From the NCBI GenBank assembly GCA_964575265.1, contig CAZNPD010000002.1, positions 196,367 through 260,366 of the forward strand: a stretch of DNA of 64,000 nucleotides, read 5' to 3'. This DNA comes from an uncultured Pseudomonadota bacterium. GTDB taxonomy: Bacteria; Babelota; Babeliae; Babelales; Vermiphilaceae. The notes under the pieces were generated by a model. The model worked only from the letters and a program-made list of their open reading frames with translations. It did no database searches and was not told the DNA's origin. The position numbers were made by a program, and so were the translations under genes. Below are positions 19,237-28,826 of the stretch, piece by piece; position 1 is the first letter of the stretch; every line of letters begins with the position of its first letter.

Positions 19237-19581
19237 TTATTTAAGCATATCGTCGCCAGCATTTACGATATCATCTGCATATTGATTTGAGTTTACTTTT
19301 CTGCGGTAGACTTTATCGCTGCCTTTACTGCCTTTTCTGTAGGTGTTGGTAACTTCTTTACCATCACATACTAAACGACAATCAGTTTCGTCACATACTT
19401 CGCCAAGTTTTCTTTCACTTGTGCATACTTCATATTCTGCATACACAGGTTTACGAATTTTATGACATACTGGTGGACATTCTGGCTCACGTTTACATGG
19501 TCCACAACCTTTTCTACATGCTGGCAATACAGCCAAAAGAACTAGGCATGCGAGGCTGAGTAATCCTTTCTTCATAAACAT
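19237..19581 (-). CDS. small cysteine-rich lipoprotein
   Basis: Lipobox LLAVLPAC. The mature N-terminal ~55 residues contain about nine further Cys (CRKGCGPCKREPECPPVCHK...VCTSE...VCDETDCRLVCDG). Monocistronic between two terminators. Confidence 0.65.
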   Translation of the reverse strand: MFMKKGLLSLACLVLLAVLPACRKGCGPCKREPECPPVCHKIRKPVYAEYEVCTSERKLGEVCDETDCRLVCDGKEVTNTYRKGSKGSDKVYRRKVNSNQYADDIVNAGDDMLK

Positions 19582-19721
19582 TCTCCTTTTTAGGTGAGGT
19601 AGAACTACAATTTCCCTTACAATTTCCAGTCTAGATATAATGTATTATTTTTTTCAAGCTTTTCTCATATGTGATAACATGTTTGAAGCTAAAAAAGAAG
19701 ATATTAGGACTCAATTAGAGT

Positions 19722-19748
19722 ATAAAGGGGATTTTTAAACCCCTTTAT
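19722..19748 (-). terminator. hairpin downstream of lon
   Basis: ATAAAGGGG / CCCCTTTAT 9-bp stem, 18 nt after the lon stop. Confidence 0.55.
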
Positions 19749-19765
19749 ACCATGAAAATATCTAT

Positions 19766-22201
19766 TTATTTCTTAGAAGGGCTTTTCTCTTTTTTCTTTT
19801 TAGCGCTCTTCTTTTTCTTTGCTGCTTGCTCAAATGGATTTTTAGTTAAAGCAAGCTTAAGTACCTCATCCATCGTTTTTGCATAGGTAATTTCAAGGCC
19901 ATCGAGTGATACTTCCTTTAAAATTTCCTGCATGTCATCATAATTTTCTTGCGGAATAATGACATGTGTAAACCCATGTTGCTTTGCAGCAAGAAGCTTT
20001 TCTTTTAATCCACCAATTGCAAGAATTCGACCTTGTAGTGTAATTTCGCCTGTCATAGCAATTTCAGAACGTGTCGGTATACCAGTTAATGCAGAGACTA
20101 ACGCTACACATATTGTAATACCAGCTGATGGACCATCTTTTGGTGTTGCACCCTCTGGAATATGTAAATGAATATCTTTACCGGTATGAAATGAAGACTT
20201 TAAACCAATATCAGATGCGCGAGAGCGTATATAACTCATTGCTGCATGTGCAGATTCTTGCATCACATCGCCAAGCTGTCCGGTTAGTGTTAATGTTCCT
20301 TTCCCAGGAAGCACTGTTGTCTCTATTTCCAGAACATCTCCACCGACCTCTGTCCATGCAAGACCTGTCGCTAATCCTATACGTTCCTTTGATTGGCTTA
20401 GGCTTGTCTTTTTAAAGACAGGGTTGCCTAGCCATTCTTTAACTAATGTCTCCGTTAATGTTACTCTCTTCGTCGATTTTTTCTCAAGCAATACTTGAAT
20501 CGCTTTACGCATCAATTTAGCAATAATACGTTCTAATTGACGAACGCCCGACTCTTTTGTGTACTGCGATATAATATATCGTATGATATCATCATTAATA
20601 ACAAATTGATCTTCAGATAAACCATATTCTTTAAGGTTTGTTGGAATTAAGAATTGCTTCGTAATAGAAAGTTTTTCTTCGTCGGTATACCCAGACAATG
20701 TAATAATTTCTAAACGATCAAGTAACGGATATGGAATATTTTCAAGTACATTAGCAGTGGCTATAAACATAACTTTCGATAAATTATATTCTACATCAAG
20801 GAAATGATCGACAAAATTCCTATTTTGTTCTGGATCTAATACCTCAAGAAGTGCTGCTGCTGGATCACCATGAATATCCCGCGACATCTTATCTATCTCA
20901 TCAAGTAAGATAACGGGATTAGTCACTTTTGCTTTACGCATGGCTTGAATAATTTTACCCGGTAGCGCCCCTATGTACGTACGTCTATGACCTCTGATTT
21001 CTGCTTCATCTCGTATACCACCTAACGATATACGAACAAATTCTCTACCGAGGCTTTGTGCTATTGAACGTGCTAACGATGTTTTACCTACTCCAGGAGG
21101 ACCAACTAAGCAAATAATAGGTGAACGTTCAAGACTCTTTGAGAATTTTTTTGCTGCCAAGAATTCTATGATACGCTCTTTTACTTTTTTAAGACCTGCA
21201 TGATTTTCATCCAATATCTTTTCTGCCTGTGCAAGCCCAATCGTATCTTTTGTTACTTTCTTCCACGGAATAGAGAGCATCCAATCAACATAGTTTCTAC
21301 TAACAACAGCCTCCGATGATAATGGTGGCATCTGCTCAAGTCGTCGTAATTCTTTATCAACTTTTTCTTGTGCCTCTTTGCTCAATCCCGCACGCTTGGC
21401 CTTATCACGTAACGCTTCAATTTCAAGCGCCTGATCTTCTCGCCCAAGCTCTTTTTGAATTGCCTTCATCTGCTCAGTTAAATAGTATTCTCTCTGGCTC
21501 TTTTCAACTTGTGTCTGAATTCTACCCTGAATGCGTTGCTCAGTCTGTAAAATATCTATCTCTTTTTTGAGATATGCGCACAATGTTATCATACGCTCTT
21601 TTAAATCTGCTATTTCAAGAAGAATTTGTCGTTCAAGAAATGAAATATTATTTACATTTACTGTTATAGTATCAGAAATATAATCCATATCCTGTGGAGA
21701 TTTAACCATCTTAACAATATCAGTAGGCACTTTTTCGTTAAAACTTGCATACTGCAAGTAGAGCGCCTGAAGTTGGCGCCATATTGCTTCAACCTCAACA
21801 GTATCATCCATATTATATGTAGGTGTATCATCTACTTTTACCGAGATAAAATCATCAGTGACTTCGAATTGAGATGCTACAGCTCTACAAATTCCTTCAG
21901 CAAGAATCTTTAACGCTCCATTCGGCATACGCATTACTTGTAAAATAGTAGAACGGGTGCCATGGAGAAATACGTCTTCTTCTGAAGGAGATTCTATATC
22001 GCCATCTTTTTGAGCTGTTATAAATATAGAACGATCGTGCTTTAGAGCATGCTCAACTGCTCTAATAGATATTGGTCTGCCAACTATAATAGGTATGATA
22101 CTCTTTGGTAGGAGTACTACATTTTTAAGAGGCAATAGAGGTAACCGAGTATCTACTTCCTTTACTTCCACTTCTGGAGTATCAGCTACATGTTCTGTCA
22201 T
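19766..22201 (-). CDS. lon: ATP-dependent Lon protease
   Basis: N-terminal LON domain (LPLLPLKNVVLLP), Walker A GPPGVGKTS, and proteolytic Ser motif PKDGPSAGI. Has a Lys-rich C-terminal tail. Confidence 0.95.
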   Translation of the reverse strand: MTEHVADTPEVEVKEVDTRLPLLPLKNVVLLPKSIIPIIVGRPISIRAVEHALKHDRSIFITAQKDGDIESPSEEDVFLHGTRSTILQVMRMPNGALKILAEGICRAVASQFEVTDDFISVKVDDTPTYNMDDTVEVEAIWRQLQALYLQYASFNEKVPTDIVKMVKSPQDMDYISDTITVNVNNISFLERQILLEIADLKERMITLCAYLKKEIDILQTEQRIQGRIQTQVEKSQREYYLTEQMKAIQKELGREDQALEIEALRDKAKRAGLSKEAQEKVDKELRRLEQMPPLSSEAVVSRNYVDWMLSIPWKKVTKDTIGLAQAEKILDENHAGLKKVKERIIEFLAAKKFSKSLERSPIICLVGPPGVGKTSLARSIAQSLGREFVRISLGGIRDEAEIRGHRRTYIGALPGKIIQAMRKAKVTNPVILLDEIDKMSRDIHGDPAAALLEVLDPEQNRNFVDHFLDVEYNLSKVMFIATANVLENIPYPLLDRLEIITLSGYTDEEKLSITKQFLIPTNLKEYGLSEDQFVINDDIIRYIISQYTKESGVRQLERIIAKLMRKAIQVLLEKKSTKRVTLTETLVKEWLGNPVFKKTSLSQSKERIGLATGLAWTEVGGDVLEIETTVLPGKGTLTLTGQLGDVMQESAHAAMSYIRSRASDIGLKSSFHTGKDIHLHIPEGATPKDGPSAGITICVALVSALTGIPTRSEIAMTGEITLQGRILAIGGLKEKLLAAKQHGFTHVIIPQENYDDMQEILKEVSLDGLEITYAKTMDEVLKLALTKNPFEQAAKKKKSAKKKKEKSPSKK

Positions 22202-22610
22202 TATGTTCCTAGTATCATTTGAATAGATCCCTAAACCATATGCTAGGGGTATACGCCTGTCTAATCTTGATGCACATTGTTACGTATTTGCAGAATAGAT
22301 TATCGCAAGGAGGAAATCATTGCAACTTTCACACTCAAAAAGAGTATGCTTTCAACACTTTACTCACTAGTAAGCGAATAAATAGGCATTCACGTAGCAT
22401 TTTTCAAACAGCCATGGTAGAATGATAACCCTTGTAATAAAAAGAGTGTATACGGTGTGAAAACGCATTACTTTACTTGATAAGGAGATTATTAAAGAAG
22501 AAAAGACAAGTATTATTAAACATTTTTCATTTTTTACAAATGAAGAATACTTTGTTAATATATGTTCTATGTAGTATTCCTTTAATTTACCTAATTTTTG
22601 TTCAGAGAGG

Positions 22611-23978
22611 ATGTTTCTTATGTTAGGTCGCATTGCTACTGCATTGTGGGGAAAGTTTGAGAGTAAGGATGAGCTGAAAAAATTCGGTATCCTTGGGGTC
22701 ATTTTTGGCTTAATCATCGGTACCTATTGGGCTCTTCGTCCAATGAAAGACAGTATTTTCAATGCTGTTGTCGGCGGAAAAGATTATCTGTGGCTCGCAA
22801 AAATCGTTTCTTTATGCGTAATCGTCCCGCTCGTTATTCTCTATGGCAAATTAATTGATAAGTATCCTAGACACAAAGTCTTCTACTATCTTATTTCGAT
22901 TTATACATTATTAGCAATTGGTTTCACATGGGCCTTCTATAACCCTGAAATCGGATTATTAAATACTGTCGCAAGTCCACACCGTTGGATTGGCTGGGCA
23001 TGGTATGTTTATGTTGAATCATTTGGCTCTTTAATAGTTGCTCTTTTCTGGGCATTCACCACTGATATTACATCATCAGAATCAGCAAAGCGTGGCTTCC
23101 CTGTTATCGCATTGCTTGGTCAGATGGGAAATATCGTCGGACCATTAATCTTAAATACAGGATTCTTAGGAACCGCTCATAGCGCTCCATTAGTTGCTAT
23201 TTGTGCAGTATTAATGGCCGCTATTGGTCTACTATTATATGTGTTTATGCATGTTGTTCCACAAAGCCAACTCATTGGTTTCCATGGAACAAATGAAGAC
23301 AAAGAGACTGAGCCTGGATTCCTTGAAGGTATCAAGTTAATTCTCAGTGAAGCGTACCTCCTTGGTATCTTCTTAATTATCACTATCTATGAAATTATCA
23401 TCACTGTAATCGATTATCACTTCAAACAATCTGCTTTCGCAGTATATGGTACAGATGCAGCAGTTAACACATACTTATCAAGCTATGCAGTTTGGACTGG
23501 CATCATTGCTACATTATGCGTATTCCTTGGCATTAATAATATCCAGCGTAAGCTTGGCATGACCGCTTCACTTGTTATGCTTCCTATTTTGGTTGCAGGT
23601 GCAGTATTCATTATCAAGATCAATCCAACCGCTATCAATATTGCATTCTGGATTATGGTATTTTCCAAAGCTGTTAACTATGCACTTAACCAGCCAACTT
23701 TAAAACAGCTTTACATTCCTACAAGCAAAGATGCTAAATATAAATCTCAAGCATGGATTGAGATGTTTGGGTCTCGTGGGTCAAAGGCTATCGCATCAGT
23801 TGGTAATAGCTACAGAAGCACCTTTATGAAAACCTATGGTGCAACTGAAGGTATTGGTTTATTCTTAACATATGCTATGATCGGTTCATTTGTTATGATC
23901 GGCGGATGGTTAGTAGTAGCATTATATGTTGCAAAGGTATTTAACAACGCAATTAAAGAAAATAAGGTAGTGTGCTAA
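22611..23978 (+). CDS. nucleotide (ATP/ADP) translocase, NTT/Tlc family, copy 1
   Basis: N-terminal ELKKF...YWALRPMKDSIF and about 12 hydrophobic segments, as in Rickettsia/Chlamydia Tlc/Npt. The true start may be the ATG at 22620, which has better spacing from AGAGAGGA. Confidence 0.8.
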   Translation: MFLMLGRIATALWGKFESKDELKKFGILGVIFGLIIGTYWALRPMKDSIFNAVVGGKDYLWLAKIVSLCVIVPLVILYGKLIDKYPRHKVFYYLISIYTLLAIGFTWAFYNPEIGLLNTVASPHRWIGWAWYVYVESFGSLIVALFWAFTTDITSSESAKRGFPVIALLGQMGNIVGPLILNTGFLGTAHSAPLVAICAVLMAAIGLLLYVFMHVVPQSQLIGFHGTNEDKETEPGFLEGIKLILSEAYLLGIFLIITIYEIIITVIDYHFKQSAFAVYGTDAAVNTYLSSYAVWTGIIATLCVFLGINNIQRKLGMTASLVMLPILVAGAVFIIKINPTAINIAFWIMVFSKAVNYALNQPTLKQLYIPTSKDAKYKSQAWIEMFGSRGSKAIASVGNSYRSTFMKTYGATEGIGLFLTYAMIGSFVMIGGWLVVALYVAKVFNNAIKENKVVC

Positions 23979-24035
23979 AATGAGTTCTAAGCGATTATAT
24001 AATTGTTATATTTCGCTCTCGCTTTTAGAATAATA

Positions 24036-24076
24036 AAAGGCCTATTGCTTCTTTTATAGGAAAGCAATAGGCCTTT
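24036..24076 (+). terminator. rho-independent terminator between the two NTT genes
   Basis: AAAGGCCTATTGCTT / AAGCAATAGGCCTTT 15-bp stem. Confidence 0.7.
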
Positions 24077-24151
24077 ATCTATATAGTTGGCATAGTGCAA
24101 TGAAGCATGGCAGTGGATTGTGTTATAATAAACCGTGTGATAGGAAATTGT

Positions 24152-25555
24152 ATGGCTAGCTTGAGATCTCTTATAAAAAGAGCACTTGATATTGACGAAC
24201 AGAGTGAATTAAAAGTTCTGTTTTTAAGTATTGCATTTTGTCTAATTATTGGCTCATATACCATTGCGCGAGAAATTAAGAGCGCTGTTTTTATTAGTAT
24301 TGTTGGCAAAGAATATATACCATATGCACGCTTTCTCCCTATGTTTGTTCTGATGCCTGCAATATTATTATATACTCGATTAGTAGATGTTTTTCGTCGT
24401 TACCAAGTATTATCTTACTGCGCAACCTTTTTTGGATTTCTCGGACTATTATTCTCTTATTTCATTAGTCATCCAACAATAGGATTGGCGAATACTGATA
24501 CATCTCCCTCACGCATTTTTGGATGGCTTTTCTATTTTTATGTAGAAGGATTCTCTCCATTTCTTGTGAGTGTAATCTGGGCTTTTGCAAATTCAATTTC
24601 AAGCCCCTTAGAAGCAAAGAAGCATTATGGTCTTTTAGTCGCTGGTTCTAAGCTAGGTGGTATAGTAAGTGCTGCTATCGCATGGGGATTATTTAGCATG
24701 CAATCAAGCGTTTGGTACCAATGGGGCGGTGATGTCTTTATACATCAACTTGTTCTTATCATATCCTCCCTGATGCTCTTATTGATTCCGCTTGTTCTCA
24801 AAATGCTTATGGCTAAAGTTCCAGGACGATATTTGCATGGATATGAAGCTGCATATCAAGCAGAAAAACAGAAGAGTAAGGAGGATAAGGAGATACGTCC
24901 AAGCCTCTTTAGTGGCCTTTTCATGATGATACGATATCCGTATGTTTTAGGAATATTCAGTATCGTCTTCTTTTATGAAATTATTGATACGGTTCTCAGT
25001 TATTTACGACTTAGTGTTGCTCAGTCAAACGGAGCATCACTTGGAGACGTCAGCGCATTCTTATTTGAGACGGCTCTCACGGCTCACCTTGTAGGACTTG
25101 CTGTTTCTTTATTTGGAACTAAAGTATTACTCGACAAATTGGGTGAACGCATATGTCTCATTTTAGTCCCACTGGTAATTGGCGGATTAATATTAAATTT
25201 CTTGATTACGGCATCTCCGTGGTCATTCAAATTCTTACTTGCCTCATTAAAGGCGATCCATTATGCTTTCAGTCAACCAGTAAGAGAGAGTCTCTATATA
25301 CCTACCGTTAAAGAGATTAAATTTAAATCTAAGGCATGGATTGATGCCTTTGGCGGAAAATTTGGGCGTTCAGCAGGATCATCTTTTAATATGATATCTA
25401 TTTGGTTTGGCAATACTCTATTATTACCCCTTCATTCCTTCTTTTTTGCTGGAATCATTGGATTATGGTTTATTGCAGCATTGCTTTTAGGTCGTAGATT
25501 TGATAGGGCTGTAGCCCGTAATGAGGTAATAGGGCTTGAAAACTCACAATCTTAA
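24152..25555 (+). CDS. nucleotide translocase, NTT/Tlc family, copy 2
   Basis: Start moved to MASLRSLIKRAL... (ATG at 24152). SELKVLFL...SYTIAREIKSAVF parallels copy 1, and shared blocks occur throughout (YFYVEGF, IWAFAN, NQPxxExLYIPT, KFKSKAWID). Confidence 0.8.
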   Translation: MASLRSLIKRALDIDEQSELKVLFLSIAFCLIIGSYTIAREIKSAVFISIVGKEYIPYARFLPMFVLMPAILLYTRLVDVFRRYQVLSYCATFFGFLGLLFSYFISHPTIGLANTDTSPSRIFGWLFYFYVEGFSPFLVSVIWAFANSISSPLEAKKHYGLLVAGSKLGGIVSAAIAWGLFSMQSSVWYQWGGDVFIHQLVLIISSLMLLLIPLVLKMLMAKVPGRYLHGYEAAYQAEKQKSKEDKEIRPSLFSGLFMMIRYPYVLGIFSIVFFYEIIDTVLSYLRLSVAQSNGASLGDVSAFLFETALTAHLVGLAVSLFGTKVLLDKLGERICLILVPLVIGGLILNFLITASPWSFKFLLASLKAIHYAFSQPVRESLYIPTVKEIKFKSKAWIDAFGGKFGRSAGSSFNMISIWFGNTLLLPLHSFFFAGIIGLWFIAALLLGRRFDRAVARNEVIGLENSQS

Positions 25556-25643
25556 TAAAGAAGCCCGGTTAATTCGTTGCTTTTTTTAGTTCTTCTGATA
25601 CAATTTCAGTGTGCTTAATTATGACAATACAGAAAGGATCTTA

Positions 25644-26585
25644 ATGTCTCAATTCTTCAGGAAACTTGCAGAAGCAGGTGTCCATTTCGGTCATGAAACA
25701 TCTCGTTGGTGCCCAAAGATGTCTCCGTATATCTGGGGAACCAAAAATCATGTACATCTTATTGATGTTTCTAAGACTGAAAACCAACTCAAAAAAGCAG
25801 CTAAATTCTTAGAGCAAGTCGCTGCTAATGGAGAACAAGTTCTCTGGGTTGGAACAAAAAAAGCTGCTCAAGACGTGCTTACGACAACGGCAAAATCACT
25901 TGATATGCCATATGTTTGTCAACGTTGGGTTGGCGGAACTTTGAGTAACTATACTCAAGCAAAAAAATCAGTTACCAAGCTTCTTCATTATGAAGACATT
26001 ATTGCAAAAGCTGAAAAATTTCCTCATTACACGAAAAAAGATCTTGCAATATTTCAGAAAATAGTTGGTCGTCTCAAAAAGACAGTTGATGGGATTCGCA
26101 ATTTAGCCTGGCCAATTGGTGCAGTAGTTATTGTAGACGTAACCAAAGAGCGTTCAGCGCTACGTGAAGCGGTTCGTATGGGAATTCCTGTGGTTGCTAT
26201 CGTAGATACAAACGGCGATCCATCACTTGTTGACTATGTGATCCCAGGCAATGACGACACTCCAAAATCAATTAAAGTTCTTATTGATTACTTAGCTGAA
26301 GCAGTTGCTAAAGGAAAAGAAACAAGCGCTAACAAGTCAACTAAACAAAAAGAAACAAGCGCTAAACAAGCAGCAGCATTAAGCGATGATACCGCGACGC
26401 AAGTGATGCGTATTACCGTTGCTGAACAAGAAGAAGAAGCTAACCGCAAAAAGAAAAAGGCGGGTAGCGTTAAAAAAGCTGTTATAATAGAAGAAGTTGA
26501 AGAACTTCCTGCAGCTAAACCAGAAGTAGCTCCTGTTAAAGCACCTCGTGCTACAAAAAGCTCTTCTGCTAAGACAACAAAATAA
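25644..26585 (+). CDS. rpsB: 30S ribosomal protein S2 with ~90-aa Lys/Ala/Glu-rich C-terminal extension
   Basis: LAEAGVHFGHETSRWCPKMSPYIWG, WVGGTLSN, PVVAIVDTNGDP. Start moved to the ATG at 25644 with AAAGGA upstream. Confidence 0.9.
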   Translation: MSQFFRKLAEAGVHFGHETSRWCPKMSPYIWGTKNHVHLIDVSKTENQLKKAAKFLEQVAANGEQVLWVGTKKAAQDVLTTTAKSLDMPYVCQRWVGGTLSNYTQAKKSVTKLLHYEDIIAKAEKFPHYTKKDLAIFQKIVGRLKKTVDGIRNLAWPIGAVVIVDVTKERSALREAVRMGIPVVAIVDTNGDPSLVDYVIPGNDDTPKSIKVLIDYLAEAVAKGKETSANKSTKQKETSAKQAAALSDDTATQVMRITVAEQEEEANRKKKKAGSVKKAVIIEEVEELPAAKPEVAPVKAPRATKSSSAKTTK

Positions 26586-26621
26586 TTTTGTTGTTTATAT
26601 AAAAAGTAATTAAGCATCTGT

Positions 26622-26713
26622 GGAGAGATGTCTGAGTGGTCGAAAGAGCACGATTGGAAATCGTGTATGTTCTGAAAGGGGCATCGAGGGTTCGAATCCC
26701 TCTCTCTCCACCA
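26622..26713 (+). tRNA. tRNA-Ser (anticodon GGA), class II with long variable arm, CCA encoded
   Basis: Acceptor GGAGAGA/TCTCTCC, anticodon stem CACGA/TCGTG with loop TTGGAAA, T-arm GAGGG-TTCGAAT-CCCTC, 3' ACCA. Confidence 0.9.
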
Positions 26714-26730
26714 GCCAAGCGTTAAGATTT

Positions 26731-26817
26731 GGGGGAGGTTTGTAAAGAATAGTCGCTTAATCTGTCAGGTTCGAGAGAAAGCAGCAGGAGTGATTTCCTT
26801 CTTGTACCAACTTCCCC
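26731..26817 (+). ncRNA. ffs: signal recognition particle RNA (small 4.5S type)
   Basis: Domain IV core CTGTCAGGTTC-GAGA-GAAAGCAGC matches the conserved GUCAGGUCC-GGAA-GGAAGCAGC with a GNRA tetraloop. The closing helix is GGGGGAGGTTTGTA...TACCAACTTCCCCC. Confidence 0.8.
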
Positions 26818-27032
26818 CTTTATATATGTAATATAATTTGATGTTTCAAAAACAGAGTAGTAATTCTGACATATCATCACGGACTACACTTCGAGCTTAT
26901 TTATACCTACGCATAATAAACATTTGATTCGGTATAAATCGTATATTATAGGCTATATCTTTAAGTAAAAATCACTGATATAGCAACAAAGAGTGATGTA
27001 AAGATAACGATCTAATGCTTTGGTAATAAATC

Positions 27033-28823
27033 ATGAATGACGTGAGACTAAACTTAGCACGCAAATGGAGATCTCAAAATTTTGATCAACTTGTTGGTCA
27101 AGATTTATCCGTTCGCATGCTCAAAAACAGTCTATATCTCGATCATTATTTCCCTGTTTATCTCTTTTCAGGACAAAGAGGTTGCGGGAAGACTTCTGCT
27201 GCTCGTATTTTTGCCGCTGCTATTAATTGTGAAAATCTTTCTCTTTTCCAAAAGAATCCACAAACCACATTATTGCCATGTACAACATGTGCATCATGCA
27301 CTGCTATGCTACAAGCATCTCATCCAGATTTTGTTGAAATTGATGCAGCATCTCATACAGGTGTTGATAATGTAAGAGAAATTGTTGAATCATCATCATT
27401 ATTACCCGTTATTGGAAGAAAAAAGGTATATCTTATTGATGAAGCACATATGCTTAGCAAGGCAGCCTTTAATGCATTACTTAAAGTATTAGAAGAACCT
27501 TCCAAGCATACTATTTTTATGATGGCAACAACGGATCCACAGAAAATTCTCGATACTGTTCGATCTCGTTGCTTCCAATTATTCTTCAAACCTGTCGAAT
27601 CATCAATATTAAAAAAGCATCTAGCACAAATTTGTAATGCTGAAAATATTGCTATTCATGATGCAGCGCTCTCATTGATTATTGAAGAGACTGATGGCTC
27701 TGTTCGCGATGCTATCAATGCAATTGAACAAATGCGCTTCTCTCAATCAGTAATTACTAAAGAATCTGTAATGCTATCATTAGGCCATGTATCTGATACG
27801 CTTATCATTGGATTACTCAAAGCTGTCTTTATTGAATCTCCAAAACAGATTGTTACCTTCTTTTCTGACGAATCTACTCGAACATATGATGCAATGCATA
27901 TTTGGAGACGTATTATAGAGATAACCAGTATTTTGATTAGAATGAAATATGGCATATTCCCAACTACGTTTGCAGAGCATTATGATGTACTCAATCAATT
28001 AGCTCAAAAACATTCAATCGGTCAGATGCAGCAGATACTCACCGTATTATCTGATCATGAACTAGGATTTTTAAAGACAACTGCACAACATGTCTTTTTA
28101 GAAATGATACTTCTTCGCTTAGCAACGCGTAATGGTGTCGTAGATTCTGATTCTGGTAACAATAATTCATCATTACAAGCTGCTCCCGGAGCGCTTGAAG
28201 AAGAGGATATCTTAGACGACGAAGATTATGATGGTGATGATGAATATGACGATGATCAAGATGACGATCTTGAAGAAGAAGATGATACATCCTCTTCTTA
28301 TTGGAATCAATTTATTACGGATATTGAGCAGCTTCGAGAACCACTCTTACTCTCTATATTCTCGCAAGCCAATATAGAAAAATGGCATCAAGCTGCTAAT
28401 GAACTTCATATTTCGGTTCCAAAAGAACTATCATTCTTTCATCAAACACTTGAAGAATATAAGCCGACATGGACTCAGTGTTTAAAAAATTCATTTAAGT
28501 CTAATGAGTTACAAGTAATACTCGCATATAACAAATCAATGGTTCAAGATCCAGTTGTTACAATGTCTGTCAGTGAACAACGTCCTATTGAATCTGCAAC
28601 TCAAACTAAAAGAGAAGGTTCAAATAGTAGCAGTTCACGTTCATTTACACAACCTACTAACAATAATCTGCCAAGAGTAAATCAAAAACATACCACGTAT
28701 CGTAATCATTATAATAAAACAACTGCGGGATCCATTGTGGATGTATCTAATGTTGCTCTCTGGCCGAAAGCACATCTGATTTCTCAATTTTTCCCCGGAA
28801 CTGTTATAGAATACAGGGGATAA
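27033..28823 (+). CDS. dnaX: DNA polymerase III subunit gamma/tau
   Basis: Walker A GQRGCGKTS, Zn module CTTCASC, Walker B LIDEAH, SRC motif VRSRC. Contains a long acidic tract EEEDILDDEDYDGDDEYDDDQDDDLEEEDD. Confidence 0.9.
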   Translation: MNDVRLNLARKWRSQNFDQLVGQDLSVRMLKNSLYLDHYFPVYLFSGQRGCGKTSAARIFAAAINCENLSLFQKNPQTTLLPCTTCASCTAMLQASHPDFVEIDAASHTGVDNVREIVESSSLLPVIGRKKVYLIDEAHMLSKAAFNALLKVLEEPSKHTIFMMATTDPQKILDTVRSRCFQLFFKPVESSILKKHLAQICNAENIAIHDAALSLIIEETDGSVRDAINAIEQMRFSQSVITKESVMLSLGHVSDTLIIGLLKAVFIESPKQIVTFFSDESTRTYDAMHIWRRIIEITSILIRMKYGIFPTTFAEHYDVLNQLAQKHSIGQMQQILTVLSDHELGFLKTTAQHVFLEMILLRLATRNGVVDSDSGNNNSSLQAAPGALEEEDILDDEDYDGDDEYDDDQDDDLEEEDDTSSSYWNQFITDIEQLREPLLLSIFSQANIEKWHQAANELHISVPKELSFFHQTLEEYKPTWTQCLKNSFKSNELQVILAYNKSMVQDPVVTMSVSEQRPIESATQTKREGSNSSSSRSFTQPTNNNLPRVNQKHTTYRNHYNKTTAGSIVDVSNVALWPKAHLISQFFPGTVIEYRG

Positions 28824-28826
28824 GCT

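Noticed and set aside
27419-27425. A AAA AAG heptamer in frame in dnaX, the same slippery sequence used for gamma/tau -1 frameshifting in E. coli
   Set aside because: It lies at codons ~129-131, just upstream of Walker B (LIDEAH), far upstream of where gamma is generated. A frameshift here would give a non-functional fragment. Such A-rich heptamers are expected by chance in this composition, and I saw no downstream stimulatory hairpin.
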